Source of the DNA: an uncultured bacterium
GTDB lineage: Bacteria; Actinomycetota; Acidimicrobiia; Spongiisociales; UBA5794
DNA length: 64,000 nucleotides
Assembly (NCBI GenBank): GCA_963801165.1
Contig: CAWDDT010000007.1
Span: 229,152-293,151, forward strand
Direction of reading: 5' to 3'
The translations under genes were made by a program, and so were the position numbers. The stretch's first letter is position 1. The number at the start of each line of letters is the position of its first letter. This document shows, in pieces, positions 35,557 through 47,243 of the stretch. The notes beneath the pieces are model-generated. The model did not search any database and had not been told where the DNA came from. It was given only the letters and a program-made list of their open reading frames with translations.

Positions 35557-36613
35557 AAGCGCTGGTCGCGATGTCGGGCGGTGTGGATAGCTCAGTGGCC
35601 GCCGCGCTCATGCTCGATCAGGGATATGACGTTGTGGGGGTAACGCTGAAGCAATGGGAGGGTGCGGACGGGCAGATGCCGGTCGCGGGCTGCTGCACGG
35701 TTTCCGACGCCGAGGACGCGAGACGGGTCGCCGCCCAACTCGGCGTTCCCTACTACGTCCTCGATTACGTCGACGAGTTCACCGACAAGGTGGTCGACCA
35801 CTTCGGCGACATGTACGCCGCGGGCAAGACCCCCAACCCCTGTATCGAGTGCAACCGGCGGGTCCGATTCTCGGTTCTGCTGGAGCGAACCCGTGCCCTG
35901 GGCTGCGACGTCCTGGTCACCGGTCACCACGCCCGGATCCGGCGTGACGACGCCGGGTATCACCTGGTCCGCGCCGTCGACGACACCAAGGATCAGTCGT
36001 ATGTTCTGCACATGCTCGGCCAGGACGATCTCGCCCGGGTTCGCCTTCCCGTAGGTGAGATGACCAAGGCGGACGTGCGTGCCCGGGCTGCGGCCATGGG
36101 CCTGCGTACCGCGGCAAAGCCCGATAGCCAGGATCTCTGCTTCGTCGGCAACGGCTCGTACCGCGATTTCATCAGGATGCGGTTCCCGGAGGCCGCCAAA
36201 CCAGGCCCGCTCGTTCTCAGCGACGGCACGGTTCTCGGGGAGCACAACGGCATGGTCGACTTCACCATCGGGCAGCGGAAGGGTCTTGGTGTGGCTCTCG
36301 GGGAAAGGCGGTACGTGGTGGGGATCGACCCTGACACTGCCACCGTGACGCTCGGATCCCATGAAGAGCTGCTGGCGCGCGGCTGCCTGGTAGAGGACGT
36401 GTCCTTTGTGTCCGGCGCGGCGCCCGTCGACGTGCTGGTGACTGCCAAGATTCGCTACCGCTCCCGAGCCGTTCCTGCCACCCTCGAGCCTGTCGACGGA
36501 GCCTGGCAACTGTTGTTCGCCGAGCCGCAGCCCGCGGTGGCGCCGGGCCAATCGGCGGTTTTCTACCGGGGCGACGAGGTGCTCGGCGGAGGCGTGATCA
36601 GCGAGGCGATCCG

Positions 36614-36617
<4 letters not shown>
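35553..36617 (+). CDS. mnmA: tRNA 2-thiouridine synthase
   Basis: AMSGGVDSSV, TPNPCIECN, KDQSY, DSQDLCF and TIGQRKG. Confidence 0.96.
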
Positions 36618-39892
<3,275 letters not shown>

Positions 39893-40022
39893 GTGCGATT
39901 CTCAACCGCCACGATCAGGTCGGTCCGCACCGGCAAACGCCTCCCAGAACACGGCCGACACCATATCACCGGGAGTGGAGATTCGGAGGTCCGTGGCCCC
40001 GGCACCTCGCGCGGCAAAGATG

Positions 40023-40050
40023 TGTAACAAACGGTGATCGCGATCCGTCT
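40023..40050 (+). promoter_or_regulatory. ECF sigma-type promoter upstream of the ECF sigma gene
   Basis: TGTAAC (40023-40028), 17 nt spacer, CGTCT (40046-40050); matches the AAC...CGT ECF consensus. Confidence 0.65.
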
Positions 40051-40091
40051 CCCCTACGACCAACCACTTCGTAGGGAGGATCAGGAGCAGT

Positions 40092-40565
40092 GTGGCCCGA
40101 GACGACAAGATTGAGGATTTCTACCGGGAGCATTCCCCGGCGGTGTATGCGTTCCTGGTTTCTCTTTGTCACGACCGAACCTGGGCTGAGGATCTGATGC
40201 AGGACACGTTCACCAAGGCAACGATGGCGATCGGAGGCTACCGCGGAGGTAGTCCCAAGGCGTGGCTGTTCGCTATTGCCCGCAACGTGTTCCTGGACGA
40301 TGCTCGCCGCCGCCGGCCTGTGCCGACGGAACGGATAGACCTGGGTGCTGTCAGCGACGGCGACGTCGCCGAGGTCGACGCGGTGCACCGAACCCTGTCG
40401 GCTTTGCCCGAGCGGCAACGAACTGCGCTCGTGTTGTCCGACCATGCCGGTCTCACGCCGGCCGAAGTGGGCGCAGTGCTCGGGGTCACGCCCGGCGCGG
40501 CCCGAGTGCTGATCCATCGCGGTCGGCATGCCTTCCGCAGCCTGTACCAAGAGGACGACCGATGA
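40092..40565 (+). CDS. ECF RNA polymerase sigma factor
   Basis: AEDLMQDTF and WLFAIARN region 2; LPERQR...EVGAVLG..RVLIHRGR region 4. Confidence 0.92.
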   Translation: MARDDKIEDFYREHSPAVYAFLVSLCHDRTWAEDLMQDTFTKATMAIGGYRGGSPKAWLFAIARNVFLDDARRRRPVPTERIDLGAVSDGDVAEVDAVHRTLSALPERQRTALVLSDHAGLTPAEVGAVLGVTPGAARVLIHRGRHAFRSLYQEDDR

Positions 40566-41686
40566 CGCACGCTGAACTACAAGATCTGCTCGAAGCGTAT
40601 GTAGACGAAACGCTGGACCGGTCCGCCCGCGCTGAGGTGGATCGCCACCTCAGGGACTGTGCGGAATGTCGGGCGATCCTCGACGGGGTTCCCGCGGTAC
40701 AACTCCACATGGCTGAGTCGGGACAGTTCGACGAGAGAGCGATGCGCAAGGCGGTTCGAACAACACTGTTCCGGCTGGCCGCCGATGTGGTCATGATCGG
40801 CGTGGTCGGGTTCATGGTGTTGGTGTTGTTGGGGTGGCTGGTGTTTCAGCCGTACATCGTCAACAGGGGTGGGCGGGCCGCGGCGGCCACCCAGGCCACT
40901 CAGGACCTCGCGGTCATGTACAACCCGGGTGCCGCACTGACCGACAGCCTGCACAACTCGGGGATCATCACCCGCACCTCCGAGGCGACCGTCGCGTACC
41001 CGGTCGGCACCGAGCTAGTGGAGCTCGGAACCCTGCGGACCAGAATCGGGCCGCTGTCGTTCCGTGCGGCTGAGGGAGGGCCGCTGTTCCCCTATCTCGG
41101 CGGCACCAGCGGGACCGGCGCCGCTCAGCAACTTGCGGAGCAACTGGCGCAGGTCGGCGGCGGTACGGTGGCGACCGTCGAGCTCCAATTCGATCCGCCC
41201 CTCTCGATGGCTCGGGCTCAGGAACTTGCGGACTCACCGCTTGATGTGCGGGTGGTCTGGGCCGGTTTCGCGACCTCCGACAACGAACCGACCGGGATCG
41301 GTCTGGAACCAGACGAGATCGTCGGGTACGGCACGTGTGACTACCGCGACCCCAATGCGGATCTGCTCGCGGCGTCGAGTGGAGGAAGCAGCGGCTCTGC
41401 ATTCACGCAGACTCCATCTGTGCAGCGGGCGCTCGATGCGACGCGTGCCGCTGTCGCCAACCTGTTATCCCATCGCGAGCTCATCGATAGCCTCAATCCC
41501 GGCGTCACAGTCGGGTCGGTCACCGCGGCGGGTGACTATCTCGGCGGGGATCCCGGAGTCACCACGCTGGTGGTGACCGGTCCGACGCCGGAGGTGCAGC
41601 GGTTTATCGAAGAGGCTGCTCCAGCGGCTGCCGGGGTCCGGGGCATCGAGTTCAGTAACTGGTATCAACCCCTATGTGGGAGGTGA
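40562..41686 (+). CDS. zinc-finger (ZAS) transmembrane anti-sigma factor
   Basis: HLRDCAEC HxxxCxxC motif, one TM segment and a large extracytoplasmic domain. ATGA-coupled to the sigma gene. Confidence 0.85.
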   Translation: MTHAELQDLLEAYVDETLDRSARAEVDRHLRDCAECRAILDGVPAVQLHMAESGQFDERAMRKAVRTTLFRLAADVVMIGVVGFMVLVLLGWLVFQPYIVNRGGRAAAATQATQDLAVMYNPGAALTDSLHNSGIITRTSEATVAYPVGTELVELGTLRTRIGPLSFRAAEGGPLFPYLGGTSGTGAAQQLAEQLAQVGGGTVATVELQFDPPLSMARAQELADSPLDVRVVWAGFATSDNEPTGIGLEPDEIVGYGTCDYRDPNADLLAASSGGSSGSAFTQTPSVQRALDATRAAVANLLSHRELIDSLNPGVTVGSVTAAGDYLGGDPGVTTLVVTGPTPEVQRFIEEAAPAAAGVRGIEFSNWYQPLCGR

Positions 41687-41690
41687 GGCC

Positions 41691-42398
41691 GTGAGTACTT
41701 ACGAGGACATCGCAAAAAGCCGCCGGCTCGTGATGATCGGTGCCGTCCTCGGCTACGCCGCCGCGGCTGCGCTAACGGTTATCAGGATGGTCGGCGCAGA
41801 CGTCATGACCGCGGGCGATACGCTCGGTTCGGTCGCCCTGGGAGCGGCGCTTGCTGCACCGCCGACGTTGGCGCTCCTGTCCCTTGACCGGAGACCCACG
41901 TTGCTCCCCGGTGCGGCCATCGCGATGCTCGTCCCATCCGTCGTCGTATTCGAGCTGGCCCCGATCTGGTTCGTCATCGTGCTGTTGTGGTACCGGGCCT
42001 GGCGGAGGCGGCCGATTCGTGCCGAAGTCTCCCTGCCCCGGGCGGCAGCGCGGGTGGGGCTGGGGTTTCTGGTTGCGGCCTCGATCCTGGCGTTGTTTGT
42101 CCACGTCGATCCGGTGTGTACGCAGCGCCTTGTCGACGGCACTACGAGGTCGGTCGATGCGGCCACACGTGGCATGACCACCGGGTGGGCGTTCGGCAGC
42201 GGCACCTCATACGGCACCGCCACCAACGAGGAGGGAAGCGACGTGGCCAGTGAGACCTGCACCTCCGACACGATCGTCCTGGGGGAAGCGCTCGCATCGT
42301 TGCTGATCACCGGTCTGGCCGTCGAAGTGGGCCGACGCTGGCCGCAGGGCATTGCGACGACCGGGGAGCGGCGCACCACGAGTGCTGCGACGCCTTAG
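41691..42398 (+). CDS. hypothetical membrane protein
   Basis: Five to six TM segments and an extracytoplasmic loop bounded by two Cys. GGAGG precedes GTG 41691. Confidence 0.65.
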   Translation: MSTYEDIAKSRRLVMIGAVLGYAAAAALTVIRMVGADVMTAGDTLGSVALGAALAAPPTLALLSLDRRPTLLPGAAIAMLVPSVVVFELAPIWFVIVLLWYRAWRRRPIRAEVSLPRAAARVGLGFLVAASILALFVHVDPVCTQRLVDGTTRSVDAATRGMTTGWAFGSGTSYGTATNEEGSDVASETCTSDTIVLGEALASLLITGLAVEVGRRWPQGIATTGERRTTSAATP

Positions 42399-42439
42399 AC
42401 GCTCAGACCCCGCGGAGGCGCCGGCGGCAACCCCCGCAG

Positions 42440-42847
42440 TCATTGAACGCGGAAGGACCAGATCCACTCGCCGGGGTCGGGGAGACCGGTTGCGCGGTCC
42501 CAACGCACCCACACCGTGTGGATACCCGGTATCCACTCCGGGATGATGGTCGTCTCACCCGGCTGCCAGGTGAACTTGCCCGTTTCGGGTATCGTTTTGA
42601 TCTCGTCGGGCGGGATGGTGACACCGTCTACCACCATCGTGATCTGATACCCGACCGGCAGATCGATCTCCACATCGATCTGGCGCAGCACGGTCGAGCC
42701 GTTCTCGGGCGAGTAGCCCTCGACGACGTCGGGGACCTGGGTCGGCTTACCCGAAGGGGCGAACATGATCGCCCCGATCGCGACCAGGGCGAGGGCCAGT
42801 CCGAGAAACGTGTAGGTCAGGCGATAGCGATTCACGGACTGGATCAT
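42440..42847 (-). CDS. hypothetical membrane-anchored beta-sandwich protein
   Basis: N-terminal TM segment, SPENGS and W.F.V ending typical of Ig-like domains. Confidence 0.65.
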   Translation of the reverse strand: MIQSVNRYRLTYTFLGLALALVAIGAIMFAPSGKPTQVPDVVEGYSPENGSTVLRQIDVEIDLPVGYQITMVVDGVTIPPDEIKTIPETGKFTWQPGETTIIPEWIPGIHTVWVRWDRATGLPDPGEWIWSFRVQ

Positions 42848-42867
42848 AAGTCGAGTAGCGTGATCGC

Positions 42868-44019
42868 ATGCGACTGAACCCCGTCCTCGAACAGCTAGGC
42901 AGCTACCCGATCGCGGTCGTGCACGAGCGAGCCCGCGCCATGCGCGAAGCCGGCCAGACGGTCATCGACTTCTCGATTGGCGACCCGAGAGAGCCGACAC
43001 CGCCGTTCATTCCGGACGCACTACGGAGCGCGGTACCCGTGGTTTCCCAGTATCCGACCACGGCCGGGATAATTGAGCTCCGGAGAGCGATCGCCGCCTA
43101 CCTGTTGCGACGTTTCGACGTAGAGGTCGACCCGGAAACTCAGATCATCCCGACGTCGGGCTCCAAGGAGGCTGTGTTCAACACGCCGCTGGCATTCGTG
43201 GATCGGGCCCGCGGCGACGTCGTCGTCTACGGAAGTCCGGGGTACCCGATCTACGAGCGTGGAGCGCTGTTCGCCGGTGCCGTGGCTCACCCCATCGTCC
43301 TCACCGGTGACTTCGTGCTGCGGGCTTCCGACATCGAACCGGAGGCGTGGGAGAACGCACGGTTGCTGTGGACCTGCACTCCGCACAACCCCACGGGAGC
43401 GGTCACCAACCGCACCGAGTTGGAGGACCTGTACGCAACTGCCCGCGCTCACGACACTCTTTTGCTGTCGGACGAGTGCTACGCCGACCTCTACGAGGCC
43501 GACGCCTACCCCCAGGGGCCGCCGTCTGTGCTTCAGGTGGCCGGTCCCGGTGCCCCCGGTGTGCTCACTTTCCTGTCATTGTCGAAGAGGTCGGGGATGA
43601 CCGGGTATCGCTCCGGCGCCATAGTCGGCGACCCGGACGCCATAACCGCGCTGAAGCAGCTGCGGAGCGCCACGGGCACCGCTTCACCCGAATTCGTGCA
43701 AGCGGCTGCCGTTGCGGCCTGGTCCGACGACGCCCACGCCACCGAGCGCCGGTCGATCTTCGCCGCAAAGCGAGCGCGGCTCCGCACCGCATTCGATCGG
43801 CTCGGGCTCGAGGTGGTGGCGTCCCGGGCGGGCTTGTACATGTGGATCGCGGTCGACGACGACCTCTCCGTGGCCGACCGGCTGCTCAACGCCGGGGTGG
43901 TCGTGTCGCCGGGACGGTTCTTCGGACCGGGCGGCGAGGGCTTTCTCCGGCTGGCCCTTGTGCCTACGCTTGCAGAGTGTGAGCAAGCTGTGGAGGTGCT
44001 GGTCGCGTGTCTGACCTGA
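42868..44019 (+). CDS. dapC: succinyldiaminopimelate aminotransferase (class I/II PLP)
   Basis: GSKE, PHNPTG, SDECY and SLSKRSGMTGYRSG; in an operon with dapD and dapE. Confidence 0.85.
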   Translation: MRLNPVLEQLGSYPIAVVHERARAMREAGQTVIDFSIGDPREPTPPFIPDALRSAVPVVSQYPTTAGIIELRRAIAAYLLRRFDVEVDPETQIIPTSGSKEAVFNTPLAFVDRARGDVVVYGSPGYPIYERGALFAGAVAHPIVLTGDFVLRASDIEPEAWENARLLWTCTPHNPTGAVTNRTELEDLYATARAHDTLLLSDECYADLYEADAYPQGPPSVLQVAGPGAPGVLTFLSLSKRSGMTGYRSGAIVGDPDAITALKQLRSATGTASPEFVQAAAVAAWSDDAHATERRSIFAAKRARLRTAFDRLGLEVVASRAGLYMWIAVDDDLSVADRLLNAGVVVSPGRFFGPGGEGFLRLALVPTLAECEQAVEVLVACLT

Positions 44020-44825
44020 CCAACGACCGAGACGTTATTCGCGCTGCATACGCAGATCTCGATCTGCTGGAGGATGCCGCGCAAGCCGTGACGCGGACAA
44101 TCGCTGCTCTCGATCGAGGTGACGTGCGGGTCGCCGAGAAGGTCGACGGGGAGTGGCAGGTCAATGTCTGGGTCAAAGAGGCGATCATGCTCTACTTTCG
44201 TATCGCCAAGCTGGAGACGACGACCAGCGGCCCGTTCGAATACCACGACAAGATCCCGACAAAGAAGAACTTGGCCGAGGCCGGCATCCGGGTGGTGCCA
44301 CCCGGGACGGTGCGCTACGGCGCGTTTTGCGAGCCCGGGGTGGTCATCATGCCCGGGTATGTGAACATCGGGGCCCATGTCGGCTCCGGAACCATGGTCG
44401 ACACCTGGGCCACCGTGGGATCCTGCGCTCAGGTCGGCCGCGGCGTGCATCTCAGCGGCGGTGTCGGTATCGGCGGCGTGCTGGAGCCGCCGGGGGCCCG
44501 GCCCGTCATCATCGAGGATGGCGCCTTCATCGGAAGCCGATCGATAGTCGTAGAGGGCACCGTCGTCGAGGAGGGAGCGGTACTCGGCGCCAACACGACC
44601 ATCACCTCATCCACTCCTATCATCGACGTCACCGGGAGCGAGCCGGTCGAGCACCGGGGGCGGGTGCCGGCCAGATCGATTGTTGTGCCGGGGACCCGTC
44701 CGAAGGAGTTTGCCTCGGGGTCGTACGACCTCCAGTGCGCCCTGATCATCGGTCGCCGCTCGGAGTCGACAGACCGCAAGACATCATTGAACGAAGCGCT
44801 GCGCGTATTCGAGGTGCAGGTATGA
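44007..44825 (+). CDS. dapD: tetrahydrodipicolinate N-succinyltransferase
   Basis: RVVPP, YVNIGA, MVDTWATVGSCAQ and HLSGGVGIGGVLEP. Confidence 0.95.
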   Translation: MSDLTNDRDVIRAAYADLDLLEDAAQAVTRTIAALDRGDVRVAEKVDGEWQVNVWVKEAIMLYFRIAKLETTTSGPFEYHDKIPTKKNLAEAGIRVVPPGTVRYGAFCEPGVVIMPGYVNIGAHVGSGTMVDTWATVGSCAQVGRGVHLSGGVGIGGVLEPPGARPVIIEDGAFIGSRSIVVEGTVVEEGAVLGANTTITSSTPIIDVTGSEPVEHRGRVPARSIVVPGTRPKEFASGSYDLQCALIIGRRSESTDRKTSLNEALRVFEVQV

Positions 44826-45919
44826 GTGCGATCCACGACACGCTGGCCGAATTGGTTTCGATCCATTCGGTCACAGGAAACGAAGGGCGGCTGTGTACCG
44901 CTGTTGCCGAGCGGTTGTTGAAGGTCTGGACCATGCAGGGTGTTGCCAGGGTCGGCAATGCACTGGTGGTCGGACAGCAGACGGGCCGGCCGCTGGTCAC
45001 ACTGTACGGGCACTTTGATACGGTGCCGGTTCAGGACAACGGTGACCCGGTGGTTAGAGGCGATCGCATGTTTGGCCTCGGCACCGTGGACATGAAGGCG
45101 GGCCTGGCGATCATGATCCACCTGCTCGAAGACGACGCTGTTCGTACCGGTCCTTACGACGTCGTCGGCGTCTTCTACGACAAGGAGGAGGGCCCGATGG
45201 ATGAGAACGGGCTCGAGGATGTCATCAACACGGCGCCATGGCTCACCGACGCTGAGTTTGCGATTGTGCTCGAGCCTACGAACCTCGGGATCGAGCTCGG
45301 TTGCAGCGGGGCGATGAACGCCGACGTCTTCTTCGAGGGAAAGGCCGCCCACAGCGCCCGTCCCTGGCTCGGTGAGAACGCAGTGACCAAGGCCGGATCG
45401 TGGTTGGCGACCATGCACCAGATGGAGCCCCATCTGGTCGAAGTCGACGGCCTCGAGTTCCGCGAGGTGTTCTCGGTGACAATGGCACAAGGCGGCATCG
45501 CCAACAACGTGCTCCCGTCTTCGCTCAAGATAAACCTCAACTACCGATTCCCACCCATCTACGACTTCGAACAGGCAGAGCACCGTCTCCGCGCCGTCGC
45601 CGCCGGTGCCGACCTTATTGTCATCAAGGACCGCGCCCCGGCAGGCAAGGTCGTGAGCGACAACCCACACCTCGATCGGCTGGTCGAGATGAGTGGTGCA
45701 GTGCGAACGTCGAAGCAGGGCTGGACAGATGTTGCCCGTCTCACAGATCGGGGCGTCCCGGCCATCAACTACGGCCCGGGCGACCCCGGCTTGGCGCACC
45801 AGCAGGAAGAGTCGATACCGCTGGCGCAACTGGATGAAGGGTTCAACGTTCTCCGTGAGTTCTTGATCGATGGCCGGGAGGACTCATCTGAGGAATTGGC
45901 CAGCCTTCTCGAAGACTGA
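44822..45919 (+). CDS. dapE: succinyl-diaminopimelate desuccinylase
   Basis: GHFDTVP, DMKAG, EE, AHSARPW, GWTDVAR and GPGDP.LAH. Start ATG 44822. Confidence 0.92.
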   Translation: MSAIHDTLAELVSIHSVTGNEGRLCTAVAERLLKVWTMQGVARVGNALVVGQQTGRPLVTLYGHFDTVPVQDNGDPVVRGDRMFGLGTVDMKAGLAIMIHLLEDDAVRTGPYDVVGVFYDKEEGPMDENGLEDVINTAPWLTDAEFAIVLEPTNLGIELGCSGAMNADVFFEGKAAHSARPWLGENAVTKAGSWLATMHQMEPHLVEVDGLEFREVFSVTMAQGGIANNVLPSSLKINLNYRFPPIYDFEQAEHRLRAVAAGADLIVIKDRAPAGKVVSDNPHLDRLVEMSGAVRTSKQGWTDVARLTDRGVPAINYGPGDPGLAHQQEESIPLAQLDEGFNVLREFLIDGREDSSEELASLLED

Positions 45920-45966
45920 GCACGGAAGACTGAGCACGGAAGACTGAGCACGGAAGACTGAGAACG
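45911..45966 (+). repeat. 4 x 14-bp tandem repeat at the dapE stop codon
   Basis: GAAGACTGAGCACG x3 followed by GAAGACTGAGAACG. Confidence 0.95.
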
Positions 45967-46005
45967 TACGTGTGTCGTTGCCCCACCGGGCAAGCCGTCG
46001 GGCGG

Positions 46006-46653
46006 CTACGGGTGAGTGGCTTGGGCGGTCCAGCGGAGGGTGCCGGTGTCGGTGGTGGTGACGCCGTCGTCGGTATCGATGACTACCGCCAGTGAGCGGG
46101 TGGCTCCGTCGGGGATGCTCACCGAGGCGAATTGATCACTCACCGAGCCCTGGGCAACCGACATCATGAGCTGCCAGTCACCACTCGATCCCGGAGTCCC
46201 CGTCGGTGCGGCGACCGTGGCCAAGTAGATAGATATGCTGATGTCGTCCCAGAAGTCGCCCGCTACGTAGGCGGGATCGACCGCTAGGCCACCGTTCGGG
46301 TCGTTCTCCGAGACAAACGTCACGGCTACCGGGCTGCCGCAGTTGTTGTTGAAGTGCACGGCATCGCTGTAGATCAGCCGGTCACCGGCAAAGCCGTTGA
46401 TCGACATGGTCTCCTGGATCAGGTCGACGGTACCGCTCACATCCTGAATCGTCGCCCCACCGTCGAAGGCAAGGAACCCGGAGCCGCTCGACGCGTCTGC
46501 TCCCGCCGTCTTGGTGAAGCACGCTGCGTTGACAGATGCATCGGCTGCCATGAAGTTCTGCGTGATGACGGAGGCAGAAGCAGGGACCGCGATCATCATC
46601 ATCGCAATCAGTACGCCTGCCCAGCGGCGTGTCATGGTCCATGAGCTGATCAT
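46006..46653 (-). CDS. secreted beta-rich protein, candidate fibre subunit
   Basis: Signal peptide ending ASA-S, mature start VITQNF, two Cys, acidic and Thr/Ser/Gly-rich. GGAGG RBS. Confidence 0.75.
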   Translation of the reverse strand: MISSWTMTRRWAGVLIAMMMIAVPASASVITQNFMAADASVNAACFTKTAGADASSGSGFLAFDGGATIQDVSGTVDLIQETMSINGFAGDRLIYSDAVHFNNNCGSPVAVTFVSENDPNGGLAVDPAYVAGDFWDDISISIYLATVAAPTGTPGSSGDWQLMMSVAQGSVSDQFASVSIPDGATRSLAVVIDTDDGVTTTDTGTLRWTAQATHP

Positions 46654-47243
46654 CGGGTTTCCTCCGTTGTATCAACGTGCGAGCGTCGATGACTACGCAC
46701 TTTATCGGTCCCTGTTCTCGACTGCTTTAGGGCGGTGACGAGTAGCACCAGACCCAGGATCAATTCGAAGCCGGCCAGCCATGCCCAATCCCATCGCAGC
46801 ACCGCCGGCCCCACCAGGTGACGGAGCGCATCGAGCAGGAAGGTCTCGGCGGCGACGGCCAACCCGACGCCCCTGCCCCAGATCGACTGGCGATCCCAGC
46901 CTGATTGCAGCACAGGTCTGATGAGCAGAGTGAGGGCGGCAGAGATCATCGCGATCGTCGAGAAGGTGACGATCGTCGTGAATGTGCCGGAGTCGGCAAT
47001 GATGCCGAAGTAGGGCAGGAAGCCGATGAAGAACTGGATGGTGATCGTTGCGCCTGAGAAGTTGCCGATGAGCAAGACAGCGGCGATCTTGGCGAGGAGG
47101 ACCGTGAGTGACGCCGAGAACGCCGCGAGCACCAACTGCTGGTAGTTGCGCTCGGCCACGCCCGGGTCGAGCGTCGGGGACAGCTCCACTTCGTCGAGCG
47201 GGATGGGTGGGAAGTCCTCCGGGAACAAGTTCCGATCGCTCAT
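46650..47243 (-). CDS. hypothetical multi-TM protein (exosortase-like layout, unverified)
   Basis: Four to five hydrophobic segments; ATGA-coupled to both neighbours; GAGGTG RBS. Confidence 0.7.
   Translation of the reverse strand: MSDRNLFPEDFPPIPLDEVELSPTLDPGVAERNYQQLVLAAFSASLTVLLAKIAAVLLIGNFSGATITIQFFIGFLPYFGIIADSGTFTTIVTFSTIAMISAALTLLIRPVLQSGWDRQSIWGRGVGLAVAAETFLLDALRHLVGPAVLRWDWAWLAGFELILGLVLLVTALKQSRTGTDKVRSHRRSHVDTTEETR

Noticed and set aside
45911-45966. Possible CRISPR array
   Set aside because: Units are 14 bp and directly adjacent with no spacers, and there are no cas genes in the window.
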